Shown here: piece by piece, positions 1-12,727 of the stretch | Position numbering within the stretch: the stretch's first letter is position 1 | Layout of the letters: every line of letters starts with the position of its first letter | Translations under genes and position numbers: made by a program | Notes under the pieces: generated by a model | The model's input: the letters and a program-made list of their open reading frames with translations, nothing else | Database searches by the model: none | What the model was told of the DNA's origin: nothing | From: Octopus vulgaris | Taxonomy: Eukaryota | Direction: 5' to 3' | Length of the DNA stretch: 64,000 bases | Assembly: GCA_951406725.2 (NCBI GenBank) | Contig: OX597821.1 | Span: forward strand, 33,666,001-33,730,000

Positions 1-758
1 GTCTTGAGTAGATGAATGTTGAATATTCAAACAAATCTTTTAAAATTAAAATTGAAGTCCAATATTCAATTTATCTATTATATAATTTTAAACAAGTTAA
101 TTATTTTGTTGTGACCTGGAAGCAAATGATCCACGTACTGGGACCGGTCTGCAGCCTAGTGGTTGAGGACCTCTGGTCTAGAAGACAGGCAGAAATTATA
201 TTCTGTACTTTCTGACATACAAGCTGATGTAATGTATAGTGTATGCAATGCTGTGTAGACATTCTAACATCATCATTATCTTTCCAAATTCTATTCACGT
301 GGAATTTTCGACCCTTGTTGACTTGCTGTATAAGCTGGGCTGTGTATTGTTTTGCTGTAAATTTTGGTTTGAAAAATTTCACTTGTATGCCAGAAAATAT
401 GGCATTATGTGTGTGTGTGTGTATGCTTTCCCGATTAACAAAATTCATTGTCTAATATTTTCAGTTAATTTTGAAAATTTCAAGAATTTGTAGGGATTTA
501 GTAAAATATCTATTTTTTTTTACCTATTTATTGGCATATTAAGCGTGCCCTGGTAAGTATTTTGTTTTTTTTCCCCTTCTTCTAAACTCAGTAACATAAT
601 TATCAGCTAAAATAGGAATGTTGATATAATCTGTCAAGACCCAGCATATGTCACTATATTAAGCTGGTGTTTGAAACATGAAAATATTATGATAGAGCTA
701 CCATGTTTCAAAAGAGAACACTTTAACCTTTTAGCATTCAGCTTATTCTATCAAGTGA

Positions 759-1086
759 AGGCACATGGCTCAGTGGTTAGAGCGTCGAGCTTACGATTGT
801 GAGGTTGTGATTTCGAATCCCAGACCGGGCTGCGTGTTGTGTTCTCGAGCAAGACACTTTATTTCACGTTGCTTCAGTTCACCCACCTGTAATGAGTTGC
901 GACGTCACAGGTGCCAAGCTGTATCGGCCTTTGCCTTTCCCTTGGATAACATGGGTGGCATGGGGAGGGGAGGCTGGTATGCATGGGCGACTGCTGGTCT
1001 TCCATAAACATCCTTGCCTGGACTTGTGCTTGGGAGGGTAACTTTCTCAGTGCAATCCCACGGCCAGTCATGACTGAAGGGGGTCT
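759..1086 (+). mobile_element. tRNA-derived SINE, family B (ggcacatggctcagtggttagagcg head), inserted in a piggyBac-like MITE
   Basis: Pol III A box (tggctcagtgg) and B-box-like ttcgaatcc, with a gtgttctcgagcaagacacttta core. Near-identical copies lie at 25769-26083, 44542-44880 and 60160-60477. Confidence 0.85.
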
Positions 1087-1999
1087 GATCATAATGTTTA
1101 TTTATTCACATTGTTTTGAATTAGTCTCACATTATTTTGTAGCTTTGAAATATCGATGATGTGGTTGCCTATTGTTTTAAAAATGACATTGCAAGGTAGG
1201 TGTGAGAGGCTAGATCTGGCCAGTTTGAACATAAAACAGGCAGAATATTTTGGCTGGATATGGTGGGTTTAAAAGACAAATTTTTTTTTTTAAACCCCAA
1301 AGTAGTCTCAGACAAGTTGGTATCAAGAAGATTAACCATAGTATTGAATAATAAACCATTTAAGGTTCTTGATTGGCACTAGCTGTTGGAAATCTACAAA
1401 GTGCTCTTGAACAGTTTCAGAAAATTTTGTAGTTACATATTACAGTATGGTCTGAAAGTCTCTGTGGAGCTTATAATGGATCCTGTTTGCTAAGAGTCAC
1501 TTTGGTAAAATTTGGACAATGGACACTAAGAGAATTAGCTGAAATGCTAGAATACTAGACAAAATGCCTTGCTGTATTTAGGTGTGTATTCAAGTTCTGT
1601 ATTTCAAGTTCAAATTACACTGATATAAACATTGCCTGTCAGCCTTCTTGGGTCAATAAAATAAAGTACCAGTTAAATATTGGGATCGCTATAATCAACT
1701 TTGAACTGTCTTGATATTTGAGGCCTTGTGTCCTTGTTAGCTATCAATATTTATTTTTGCGTTTCCTCTACAGCTGTTACAGATGTTGGCTAAGTGATAA
1801 AGCGCTTTAGTTGTTTAACCTGCAGGGTAGACGTGATTATGTAGACATGATTTTGTTGATATTATCCAAAACATTTTCATTACCCATCATGTCTTTTGAT
1901 ATATGTGGCACTGTGTTATTTACTGTGTCTGTCTCTTCAGAATGGTTGGATGTGATTGGTGGTGGGATGTGGTTTGTTTTTAGCAATTTGATCGACTAC

Positions 2000-2228
2000 T
2001 TAACCCTTTTGTTACCGTATTTATTTTGAGATGCTCTGTGTTTCTTTCAATTATTTTAAATATAACAAAGAATTTAATAAAATAAGTTCACTATCATTAA
2101 GCTAGTGTTAGGAACATAAATTGTAACTAAGGTTTGGTGGAAGATTTAAATTCAAAACTTCGGTAAACATGACATTTGTACTACAGACCCAGGGGCGGTT
2201 TCAGCCGGGTTGGTATTGAAAGGGTTAA
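2000..2228. mobile_element. piggyBac-like MITE family 2
   Basis: TTAA-CCCTTT ... AAAGGG-TTAA termini. Related copies lie at 42779-43455 (with LINE insertion), ~14963-15351 and ~23890-24100. Confidence 0.75.
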
Positions 2229-3037
2229 ATATCCAGATTGGTTGTGATTGGAAAATGATTTTTTCTTAGTTCCAGGGATGATGTTTTACCTTTGATAATT
2301 CTTTTTTCCAATCTAACACATCTAGAATTACATTAATTCTAAGTATTTTTATTTTAAGACTGTTGGGTTTTATTTCAGTGAAATTTGGCTGTTATTTCTC
2401 CAATTTTGAGTATCCACATAGAGTCTCTCCCATTTGCTCATTTCTAGATGGTGTTAACTGTGTGTGAACATTTTTTTGTCTATGCATACACACTGGTATT
2501 TTATAAATGTGGATGTGTGTGTGTGTCTGTCACCAGGGTTTCCGACAACATTTTTGTGATGTCTACATCATCATCGTCCATTTTTCCATTACTTGCATAT
2601 CTCTTAATTTTTAATTGGATATTTGAATCTATAAAATAAGAGGCAGGCTTACTCTCTCTCTCCCCGTCTCTCTAGTTTTTTTTCTTCTCTTTTTAACTTA
2701 TGCTTAAATACCAAACTTGACTATCTGAAAGTTCAAGTTAAATATTGCTGTCCTCAGATATACTGGTTAGCATTGCTGGCCTAATTTGCCAGCAAGTTGA
2801 TAATATCAGCTACACATCATTTCTGATTCATCATTTTAACTCTCTGTTATGATCTTGTCTCATTTGTATTCAAATTCTGCTGTGGTTGACTTTGCCTTGC
2901 ATCTTTTTGGGGCAATGAAATAAGTATTTATTGGGCACTGGGCTTGATGTAATTGCCTAAACCCCACCTCCTCCAAAACTTCATTTCTTGTGCCTATATT
3001 AGAAAGGATTATTATTCCACCCCAGTCTTACTTGATA

Positions 3038-3296
3038 AAATAAAATAAATGCACCCTTTTAAAGCCTAGCCAGGCTCATGGGCCCAGTTTCCCGGTTTCT
3101 ATGGCGTATGTGTTCCCCAGCTGGATGGGACGCCAGTCCATCGCAGCGTTACTCATTTTTGCCAGCTCAGTTGACTGGAGCAATGTGAAATGAAGTGTTT
3201 TGCTCAAGAACACAACACGTCGCCTGGTCCAGGAATCGAAACCACAATCTTACGATCATGATGCTGACACCCTAACCACTAAGTCACGTGCCTCCA
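3038..3296 (-). mobile_element. tRNA-derived SINE (family C/B-related) with 15-bp TSD
   Basis: TSD cagtcttacttgata at 3023-3037 and 3297-3311. Head ggaggcacgtgacttagtggttaggg on the minus strand. Confidence 0.85.
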
Positions 3297-3508
3297 CAGT
3301 CTTACTTGATAGTACAATGAAAACACATATTATAAATAAGGTCTCTGAGCCTCGGTTAAATCCAAAGTTTTGTTTTGGTTTTGTATTTTCCTTTGTATTA
3401 GCATTACTCTGAGTATAAGATATACAGTACCTAGCAGTGTTGCTTTCTATATGTTGTGCACATTGTGCATTTTCTGGCTTACATGTCGATGTAATATACA
3501 GTGTAAAC

Positions 3509-3854
3509 CAGAGGTTCTCAACCATTTTTTGTCTTTGGTCCCCTTTGATTATCATTTTATTCTGGTATACCCCCATAGACATTCAATGTTTAAAAACTAG
3601 TTTTATAGAAACTTCTTTTGAAATTCCTATTTTGTTTTTCGCACATTAATTCGTATAGGTTGATCTGTGTTAAATGTTAAAGAAACTTTGCTGCTTCTTA
3701 CAATACATACCAATACACACACCTAAAGCAAAATTCTTTCAAGGACTCTTAAAATACTATCGTGGATCCCCAGTTTACTATTTTGCAGTGTCGACCCCCA
3801 AGAATCTTACATTGACTCTCAGGGGCCATATGGACCCCCAGCTGAGAACCACTG
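3509..3854. mobile_element. hAT (Charlie-like) MITE
   Basis: TIR cagaggttctcaac / gctgagaaccactg; perfect 8-bp TSD gtgtaaac. Confidence 0.85.
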
Positions 3855-4678
3855 GTGTAAACATTCAAACATTGTCATTATCTTTCCAAATCCTGCTGCA
3901 TTTCACATGGAAGTTGTCTTGGTGCATAAGTTGACCTACCTTTTTTGGCTGTAAATTTTGGTCTGAAAAATTCGACTTATATGCTGGAAAATACAGTGTT
4001 CCATAAACACACACATGCATGCATGTAAGCACACACACGCACGCACACAATAAGCTCTTTTCAATTTTCGTCTACCAAATCCACTCACAAGGCTTCGGTC
4101 ATCCTGGGGCTGTAGCAAAAGATACTTGCCCAAGGTGCCACACAGTGGAACTAAACCTAAAACCATGTAGTTTGGAAACAGACTTGTTACCACATGGCCA
4201 TGACTGCACCTACAAAAAAACATCCCGGCTGTCAGGAGTGGGATGTCTCATGAATTTCTCCATTTCTTTAAAGTGTGATGCATTATAATTGGTTAAGACT
4301 GATAATTTGATTAGGAGGCATTTCCTATCCTGGGTGTCCTTGACAACGATATCCAGTCAATTAATCTTGATGTCTCTGTTTAAATTTCTGTATATGAAAG
4401 CCCCAAGTCAATCATGTCTGTACATGTATTTTCTCTTGGTTGGAACTGGTTGATCAGAGACTGTGTGGTTAATTGTTTCTTTCTAATCTCTACATGTTCT
4501 GCAGTTATTTAACTCTTTGGCATTTCGATTATTCCGTCCAATGTTATGCTTATTTATTCACACAGTTTTTTCATTTAATCTTGCATTGTCTTGTAGCTTT
4601 GTGATTTTGATGAGGTAACTGTTAATTTTTAGAAGGATATTATAGGGATGCTGTGAGAGGCCAGATCTGGCCAGTTTC

Positions 4679-5095
4679 GGATCTTTTCGGTTTGAATGGC
4701 AGTTTTTTCTAGCGGTGTCATATGAAATTGTCACCCATAATTATGACCCTAGAATCGATCTATTGCATTTCAATCTCTTTTAGGATTAGGGTTAGGGGTG
4801 GGGGAAGGGTATCATTTTTTTCTTCACAAATGTAAATAAAACCAATCTGTTTCTTAAACGAGGGACATATTCATACGCCACAGAATGCTTTTTAACTCAA
4901 TAGACATCATTGATTGGTTGAAATTGCAAAAATTGAAGAAAAAAACCAACAAATATCTTACAAACCATAGAATTTTATCAATAAAGCCAAGAGAAAAAGA
5001 TGTTTTATAAACACATTCTACCAGTATACGAAGTTTAAAAGTTTTTAGTTACCAAGAAATTATGTTAAAAACTGCCGTTCAAACCGAAAAGATCC
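4679..5095. mobile_element. MITE with ~30-bp GGATC TIRs and 8-bp TSD (Merlin-like)
   Basis: TIR ggatcttttcggtttgaatggcagtttt / aaaactgccgttcaaaccgaaaagatcc; TSD ccagtttc. It is nested in a piggyBac-like MITE. Confidence 0.85.
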
Positions 5096-5969
5096 CCAGT
5101 TTCAATATAAAACAGGTGGAATTTTTCAGCTGGATATGGCCCTGTTTAAACACAAAAGAATTAATGTATTCCCCTTATTTCATCCCTTCAATGGTTCTAG
5201 TGGGAAAGCTATGATTTTATGCTACAGTCACAATCGAAAATCCTTCTGTCTCAGCTTCGAGTCCTTGGCCAGTGTTTGGGTTTTTCTTTTATGTATTCCC
5301 ATTCTTTGACATACAGGCATCCACACACCACTGTTTTGTGTGGGGACCGGCATGTCAAAGAATGTGCTGTGTGGGCACTAGCATGTCAAAGAATAGACTC
5401 GATGTTTCCTCTGTGTGTTGTAAAAGGCTGCTAAAAACAGTTGAAGTAGGCTTTACACTCTGGTCTTGTGAAACCCTCAGCAGACTCATCAGTTGGAGGG
5501 TTGTCACCAGAGTAGTGCAAAAGTGTCATCCACCAGGAGCAAGGAATTGCCAACAAAATGGTGGCTGCAAATACGCATTGTTACAGCACTTGCCCTCGTA
5601 CTACTACTACTCCAATTGCTTTGAGTGAGTTAGGTTGCTATCTTTAGCAAATCAAGTGACTCTTATTGGTTCGTTTTTTTTCTTTGTTCAAACTGGCCAG
5701 GTCCAACCTCTTACATCTACCCTACATTGCCATTCTAAAAATATGCAAAATCATTGAAATCTCAAAGCTGTGAGATAATCCAGAATTAATTCAAAGCAGT
5801 GTGACTAAATAAACATTCCATTTGACCAAATGATCTGAATGCTAAAGGGTTAAGAGCCTCTCCCTCCTACATGGAATATATGCTGTGCCTATGAAGAGTT
5901 ATTTTTGAGGATTGATGTTATGGGAATTTTGTGAACTTTGGGGTTATAACTTTACAGGTTATCTCCCTG

Positions 5970-6227
5970 AGATCGCGGGTTCGAATCTCAGACCAGGTGA
6001 TGTGTGTGTTTATGAGCAAAACACCTAAGCACCACACAGCTCCAGCCGAAGGTAATGGTGAACCTCTGCTGACTCTTTCGCCACAACTTTCTCTCACTCT
6101 TTCCTCCTGCATCTTGCAGCTCACCTGTGACGAACCGGCGTCCCCGTCCAGGTGGGGAACCTATACGTCAAGGAAACCGGGAAACCGGCCCTTATGAGCT
6201 GGGGATGGCTCGAGAAGGAACAAAAAA
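5970..6227 (+). mobile_element. SINE family C, 5'-truncated, with 14-bp TSD
   Basis: TSD aggttatctccctg at 5956-5969 and 6228-6241; B box ggttcgaatc; A-rich tail. Confidence 0.85.
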
Positions 6228-6949
6228 AGGTTATCTCCCTGTGTGATGCACAACCACACCAAAGCAGACATTAGAACTCGGTGCCATCTCCTGACTTGCT
6301 ATCTCCTGTCAAACCATCCAACCTATGCCAGAATGCAAAGTAATGCCAGAGTGATGGTGATGATGATATTTTTATTTCTGATTCCTCATACCTTTGTTTA
6401 TTTCTATTAAAACATTGGTATTCTTTGAAATTTAGTTTTAATATCATTGTCTTGTGTGTATTTTTATAATTAGATGTCATTGCTGATAGCAATTTGTTCA
6501 CCCTAAAATAAGAGACTTTATTTAGTGTTAGAGCAGAATGGAGGTAAAGGAAGTAATGTACCTTACTTAGAACATAAAATTCTGCAAAGCACAGTCTAAC
6601 ATTTAGGTGCCAGAACTGTAATTTTGAGTTTTGGGTGATAATTATTCACTGATTTAGCAATTCAAATTAATAACATCAAAAAATTTCCCAGGGACGCCTT
6701 CTGCTTAAAGAACATACAGTTAAGTGCAGTTGTGTGTTGATCTGTTGCTCTCCTAATATAGTGAGTTTGAATGTGTGCGTATATATGCGTAGACAAACTG
6801 ATATGTAAATGTATTTGCTAGTCCACTAGTATGTAGATATTCGTATGTGTATATGTGTATCACTCTTCTGATGTAGAGTCTGACATGCATGTTTGTTTGT
6901 GTGTGTGTGTGTATTTCATTGGTTAATCAAACTGTATGTGGTATATAGA

Positions 6950-7407
6950 CACAAACCTCTACTTGTGAAGACCTGTTGAGGCAAGTGAGAATCAGAATCA
7001 AAATCGAAATTGATCAACATTAATGGAAATTGTAGCTGTGATACCAGTGCCGGTGGCACGTAAGTGAACCATCCGAACGTGACCTTTGCCAGCGCCACCC
7101 CGATGGGCCTCCGTGCTAGTGGCACGTAAAAAGCACCATCCGATCGTGGCTGTTGCCAGCCTCACCTGGCCCCCTTACCGGTGGCATGTAAAAAGCACCA
7201 TCTGATCATGGCCGTTTGCCAGCCTCGTCTGGCACGTAAAAAGCCCCCACTACACTCACGGAGTGGTTTGCATTAGGAAGGGCATCCAGCCTGTAGAAAC
7301 ATTGCCAGATCAGACTGGGCCTGGTGCAGCGTTCTGGCTTCCCAGACCCCAGTTGAACCATCCAACCCATGCTAGCATGGAAAGCAGACGCTAAATGATG
7401 ATGATGA
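6950..7407 (+). mobile_element. RTE-related non-autonomous retroelement with (GAT)n tail and internal ~60-bp modules
   Basis: The 3' end gcattaggaagggcatccagc...ccaacccatgctagcatggaaagc..gatgatgat is shared with about a dozen copies, e.g. 12720-12892, 19757-19915, 25276-25710, 31826-32480, 45771-46440, 50830-51388, 57481-57710 and 62401-62782. Confidence 0.75.
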
Positions 7408-7410
7408 TAT

Positions 7411-7448
<38 letters not shown>

Positions 7449-7629
7449 TAGTCAGAAGCAATGAAGATATCAATAATTAGTTTATTTATATACAGATATA
7501 AAAAGTCTCAGAATTTTCCCTTGGAAATAAAATGAAACATTGCTCAACTTTTTATGTCATTATAATCTATATGTCTAGTACTTAAGAATCAATCTCTGTC
7601 TCTGCCATATGTATATATGTTGTATAAAT

Positions 7630-7683
<54 letters not shown>

Positions 7684-7827
7684 GAGTTATGTGTATGTGT
7701 TTATGTGTGTGCATGTGTATATGTGTGCGATATTTGTGTATAAGTAATCATTGCCTTATCTAATAACTTCCACATCATAAACACTTGTATCTATAGAAGT
7801 CTTGAGGGTTTTTCATCTTTTAATATG

Positions 7828-7880
<53 letters not shown>

Positions 7881-8219
7881 GTTCTTCCATTCCATTTAAT
7901 CTTCTGGACTATATGGTCAGTAATTCTGAATTTCCAATTCAACAATGATTTCCGTTACTATTGCTTGACCCCCCCTTCCCCTCATCCCACTTGCAAAGCA
8001 ATAACTAACAGCCTTCAGTCCAGTTTGGTATTCATGAACCATATTATTGGTTCATGTCTTCTATAGTAATTCCGTGCGTCTTAATAATTCCATGCACATC
8101 TTATGATGTTTTAAATCACCTCCAGTGCTTAACTTGTCCTTTCTTTCATGAGATCCTGAAAGGATGAAATGCACACAGATGACCTTGGCAAGATTTGAAC
8201 TCAAAATATAAAGGGATGT

Positions 8220-8386
8220 AGGCGCAGGAGTGGCTGTGTGGTAAGTAGCTTTTTTTACAAACCACATGGTTCCGGGTTCAGTCCCACTGCGTGGCACCTT
8301 GAGCAAGTGTCTTCTACTATAGCCTCGGGCCGACCAAAGTCTTGTGAGTGGATTTGGTAGACGGAAACTGAAAGAAGCCCGTCGTA

Positions 8387-8442
<56 letters not shown>

Positions 8443-8620
8443 TGTGTGTGGTTGTGTGTCTGTGTTTGTCCCCATAACTTAGTGGTTCGGCAAAAGAGAC
8501 CGATAGAATAAGTACTGGGCTTACAAAAGAATAAATCCTGGGGGTCAAGTTGCTCGATTAAAGGCGGTGCTCCAGCATGGTCACAGTCAAATGACTGAAA
8601 CAAGTAAAAGAGTAAAGAGT
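8220..8620 (+). mobile_element. tRNA-derived SINE, family A (ggcgcaggagtggctgtgtggtaag head; internal (TA)n(TG)n; (gtaaaaga)n tail)
   Basis: A/B-box-like head, a ccttgggcaagt core resembling CORE-type SINE domains, an internal microsatellite, and a tandem tail. More than 15 copies occur in this window. Confidence 0.9.
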
Positions 8621-9017
8621 GGCTAAGTGCTCTAACTCCACAGAATGTATCAGGTGCCCTTGGTGTGTTACTGACATGGATGCTTCCAACATGTCACTGG
8701 CACAGATGCCTATAATGTGTTGCAGGCACAGGTGCCTCTAACATGTCGCCAGCATGGGTGCCTCCAATGTGTCGCCGGCACGGGTACCTCCAGTGTGCCC
8801 CCCACCCCCCATACCTTCAACATGTCACTGGCACTGGCTACAACTATGGTTTCACTAAGCTTGACACATCTTCTCAAGTACAGCAAATTTCCAAGTCTTG
8901 GTCACTCATCATCGCTTCCATGAGACTCAATATCCGAAGATCATATTGCACCACCTCATCCCATGTCTCCAGCTGGTGCTATGTTGTGCATGTATGTATA
9001 CACACACACACATACAT

Positions 9018-9290
9018 GGGATATGGCACTTTGGTCTAAGCCACTTTAGTCTAAGAGCATTTTTGTCTAAAAACAAAAAGGATTACTAGAGTATAGTTAT
9101 TTAGATCTTTTACATTTTTTTTGAGATTGTATAGACAAAATAGTTATTAGACCAAAGTGAGTTTAAACAAGAATGTCTTAATACTAAATGGCATTTAGAC
9201 GAAAATGACTTTAGACTTTAGTGCATTTATACAAAAGTCACCTTAGACCAAAGTTCTTTAGACTGAAGAGTTTTAGATGAATAGTCCCAG
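9018..9290. mobile_element. MITE-like element with inverted arrays of ~16-bp subterminal repeats
   Basis: Three ttt.gtctaa units on the left and ~8 inverted ttagac.aaa units on the right. Confidence 0.55.
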
Positions 9291-10474
9291 GTTCACACAT
9301 GTACACACACACACACACACACATAGTTGATTGTGGATCAAATTATAATGTCTGAAGAAGTGAGTGAACTCTAAATTTATTACATAAAATTGCACAAGTT
9401 TCGTGTGTAATATGGTTTAAATGGTCATTCATTAAAACACATGCAACATTAATTTGATTTCTCTTTCCTCAATTAATATTATCGTTATTCATTTTGTAAG
9501 AATTATAACATACCTGCTTGAAATAGATGCCTTGAATATGCAAAGTGCTCCTTTAATAATTAGCTTACGTATAACCAATCATTCTTTGGTTAATCAAAAG
9601 GTGCAACCTTTATACTGTTATTCAAACACTTTCCTGGCCACCAGGTTCCTGCATGAAGTGCTGCTGAGGTGAGCGCCTGAATTTTAATTGTGTGTGTGTG
9701 TGTCTCTATCTCTCTGTATACATCATCATCATCATCGTTTAACTCCGTGAGTGTAGTGGGTGCTTTTTACGTGCCAGACGAGGCTGGCAAACAGCCACAA
9801 TCGGATGGTGCTATGATTGAAATCACATGGTCTGGTGGTCTTGAAGCTAGGGTGGCAGGAGTTATCTCCCACTTGCAATAAATATTGAGCGTGAAAGCGC
9901 ACTAAATTAACCAGCTGGAGAAGATGTCTTCCTGGGGTTAAAATAGCTGTATCATCTTCTCTTAGAGAACACCCATGTTAAATTGGTGATAAACACTACC
10001 CTTATGCACTCATACACGCACACACACACGCAATATTATATGCATATGCACACCATGTGATCACTCTGTGAATACCGTCAGCTGGCTTTCTATATTATAA
10101 CCACAGGTTGGCCAATATCTCTTGAGCTTAATAGCAGACAGAAACTGAAGAAGCCTGTCATATGTATTTGTGTTTATGTGAGTTTGCCTTTCTTTTCATC
10201 ATCATGTGTGTCCACTGACTGAACAACAGTCTTACTGTCCACACAGATGGTACCTTTTTCTTGCAGGTGACCATGGAAGCATGTCAGAGTTCATTGTTCA
10301 AACGGTGTCATTTGTTTTCAGTTCTCTGCATAGCCAGGTCTAGACTGTTAGATTAGATATTCGATAGAGCTGGGGATTATTACCTTAACTGGAATCAAAG
10401 TGAGGGTTGATAGCAGGAAGGACAACCAGCTGTAGAAAAGTTTTCTTGATGAATTTCGCTTGACCCAGTGGACT

Positions 10475-10708
10475 TTAACCCTTTAGTGTTCTGATTATTC
10501 TATCAAACCTAATGCTTATTGATTCCCATTGAATTCCTATTTGAATTAATCATGCATTATCTCATATCTTCAAGATCTTGATGGTGTAATTACTTAATGT
10601 AGAATAACATTGTAGGGTAGGTGTGAGAGCCTGGATCTGGTCAGTTTGAACATAAAACAGATTAGCTATTTTGGCCGGATATGGCTGGTTTAAATACTAA
10701 AGGGTTAA
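10475..10708. mobile_element. piggyBac-like MITE family 1
   Basis: ttaaccctttag...ctaaagggttaa termini. Further copies lie at ~723-1275, 4509-5164, 5690-5852, 45505-45709 and 46450-46612. Confidence 0.8.
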
Positions 10709-10964
10709 GGAAACGATGATGATTATATATAAAAAATGGATGTTAAATGATCTTTTGAAGGTTGATAAAATAAGAACCCCCTGAAATTGCTGGCCTTGTG
10801 CTAAAATTTGATACCATTATTTGTTCAAACTCTGGTGATACCATTATTTGTTCAGACTTTGCCCTTCATCCTTTCAAGGTTAGTAAAATAGCACTAGTGT
10901 CAATATAATCAACTAGTCCTCTCTCACCAAAAGTTTCAGGTGTTGTGACTATTGTAGAGAGGAT

Positions 10965-11530
10965 TATTATTATTATTATTGAGTGTGAGAGCAGTGCATG
11001 CCATCAAAGTAATACTGGAGTACAAATATACAAAGCCCAGTTTACCCATCATGACTATCCGTCTGATAAGATAACACCAGACACATGCATCACAACTATA
11101 TGTGTGCAACATGGTGATCTCATATCAAGATAAACAGCACATGACCTTGCAGGTGGGGGGCGTAGTTAGAATTTTCTTCAGGTCGAGTCACCCATCCCAC
11201 TCAAAAAGTCCTTGAATAAAGGTTGTTTAAGGATGTTGAATGAAACACCCATGTTTCCAGAGATGAATTATTCAAACCCCAAAGATTTTCTCTCAATACA
11301 TGGCTATGAGCTCCCCCCACTACTTCTGCTCATGATCAGAGATGTTAGCCACCAAAGGACAACTGGTTACAGTCAAACAACTGACAAGCAAATCTGGTAT
11401 TGAGCAGAATATTAGTTGTAGCCCATCTTTTATACCAAGACAAAACAATGCACATGATAACACTTCCAATCAGTTAAGATCAGGAGCCATGAGAACCACT
11501 GCCTGGTACTGGATCAGGGCATTTATTATT
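10965..11530 (-). mobile_element. ~550-bp interspersed repeat ending in (AAT)n, probably a LINE 3' UTR or non-autonomous retroelement
   Basis: A second copy at 47950-48526 aligns over ~500 bp; both end in (AAT)n on the minus strand. Confidence 0.7.
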
Positions 11531-11882
11531 ATTATGGCAGTGAGTTAACAGAATTGTTGAAATGTTGGGAATGAAATGAACTGTGGTATTTCTTAACTCT
11601 CTGCCCTCAAAATAGCTGGTTTTGTGCCTAAATCAGAAAAGAACTATTAAGGGTGGTGGACAGGTATAACCGTTGCAGTGTTGGAAAAATGCCTTACAGT
11701 ATTAATTCTGACTTTTTGGGTTCTAAATTCAAATCCTGCAGACAGCAGACATTTATAATGCTAAAATTCGTTTCTTCAAGTGCTGTTGCAGAAACTCTTG
11801 TAACTTGAAGAAATGACCATCCTACTTGCTTCTGATGAAAACAAATTTGTTATTTTACTGTATTTTATTTATTTCATTTGTG

Positions 11883-12727
11883 TGCCATGTAAAAAGTACT
11901 GGTGATGGTGCCACTTAAAAAGCACTGGTGATGGTGCCACTTAAAAAGCACTGGTGATGGTGCCACTTAAAAAGCACTGGTGATGGTGCCACTTAAAAAG
12001 CACTGGTGATGGTGCCATGTAAAAAGCACTGGTGATGGTGCCACTTAAAAAGCACTGGTGATGGTGCCACTTAAAAAGCACTGGTGATGGTGCCACGTAA
12101 AAAGCACTGGTGAGGGTGCCACTTAAAAAGCACTGGTGATGGTGCCACGTAAAAAGCACTGGTGATGGTGCCACTTAAAAAGCACTGGTAATGGTGCCAC
12201 TTAAAAAGCACTGGTGATGGTGCCACTTAAAAAGCACTGGTAATGGTGCCATGTAAAAATCACTGGTGATGGTGCCACTTAAAAAGCACTGGTAATGGTG
12301 CCATGTAAAAAGCACTGGTGATGGTGTCACTTAAAAAGCACTGGTGATGGTGCCATGTTAAAAGCACTGGTGATGGTGCCACTTAAAAAGCACTGGTGAT
12401 GGTGCCACTTAAAAGCACTGGTAATGGTGCCATGTAAAAAGCACTGGTGATGGTGCCACTTAAAAGCACTGGTGATGGTGCCATGTAAAAAGCACTGGTG
12501 ATGGTGCCACTTAAAAAGTACTGGTGATGGTGCCATGTAAAAAGCACTGGTGATGGTGCCACTTAAAAAGCACTGGTGATGGTGCCATCTAAAAAGCACT
12601 GGTAATGGTGCCATGTAAAAAGCACTGGTGATGGTGTCACATAAAGAGCATTGGTGATGGTGCCACTTAAAAAGCATTGGTGATGGTGCCACTTAAAAAG
12701 CATTGGTGATGGTACCTATAAAAAGCA
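11883..12727. repeat. Minisatellite, 26-27 bp unit (ccacttaaaaagcactggtgatggtg), roughly 32 copies
   Basis: Direct tandem repeats without spacers, running into the (GAT)n-tailed RTE-related 3' end. Confidence 0.95.

Noticed and set aside
759-830. tRNA gene-like sequences at SINE heads (also 27970, 60160)
   Set aside because: They continue into SINE bodies with TSDs and do not form a convincing full cloverleaf.
1774-1826. Possible small exon after tttcctctacag
   Set aside because: The acceptor is plausible but the donor (gtagac) is weak, and it follows a decayed SINE tail. Support is insufficient.
4783-4809. True telomere or chromosome-fusion relic
   Set aside because: Only 2-3 TTAGGG-like units, internal to a multi-copy MITE.
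7045-7250. Repeat-spacer pattern resembling CRISPR
   Set aside because: The linkers are homologous to each other and lie inside a dispersed retroelement.
8061-8603. Recurrent ORFs such as QSFDCGHAGAPP..., RRASFSFRLPNPLTR... and DGLLSVSVYQIHSQG...
   Set aside because: Antisense translations of SINE family A, repeated at every copy; not a gene family.
11883-12727. CRISPR-like array and His-rich ORFs (WHHHQCF repeats)
   Set aside because: Units are contiguous with no unique spacers, there are no cas genes, and the context is eukaryotic. The ORFs are translations of a 26-bp minisatellite.
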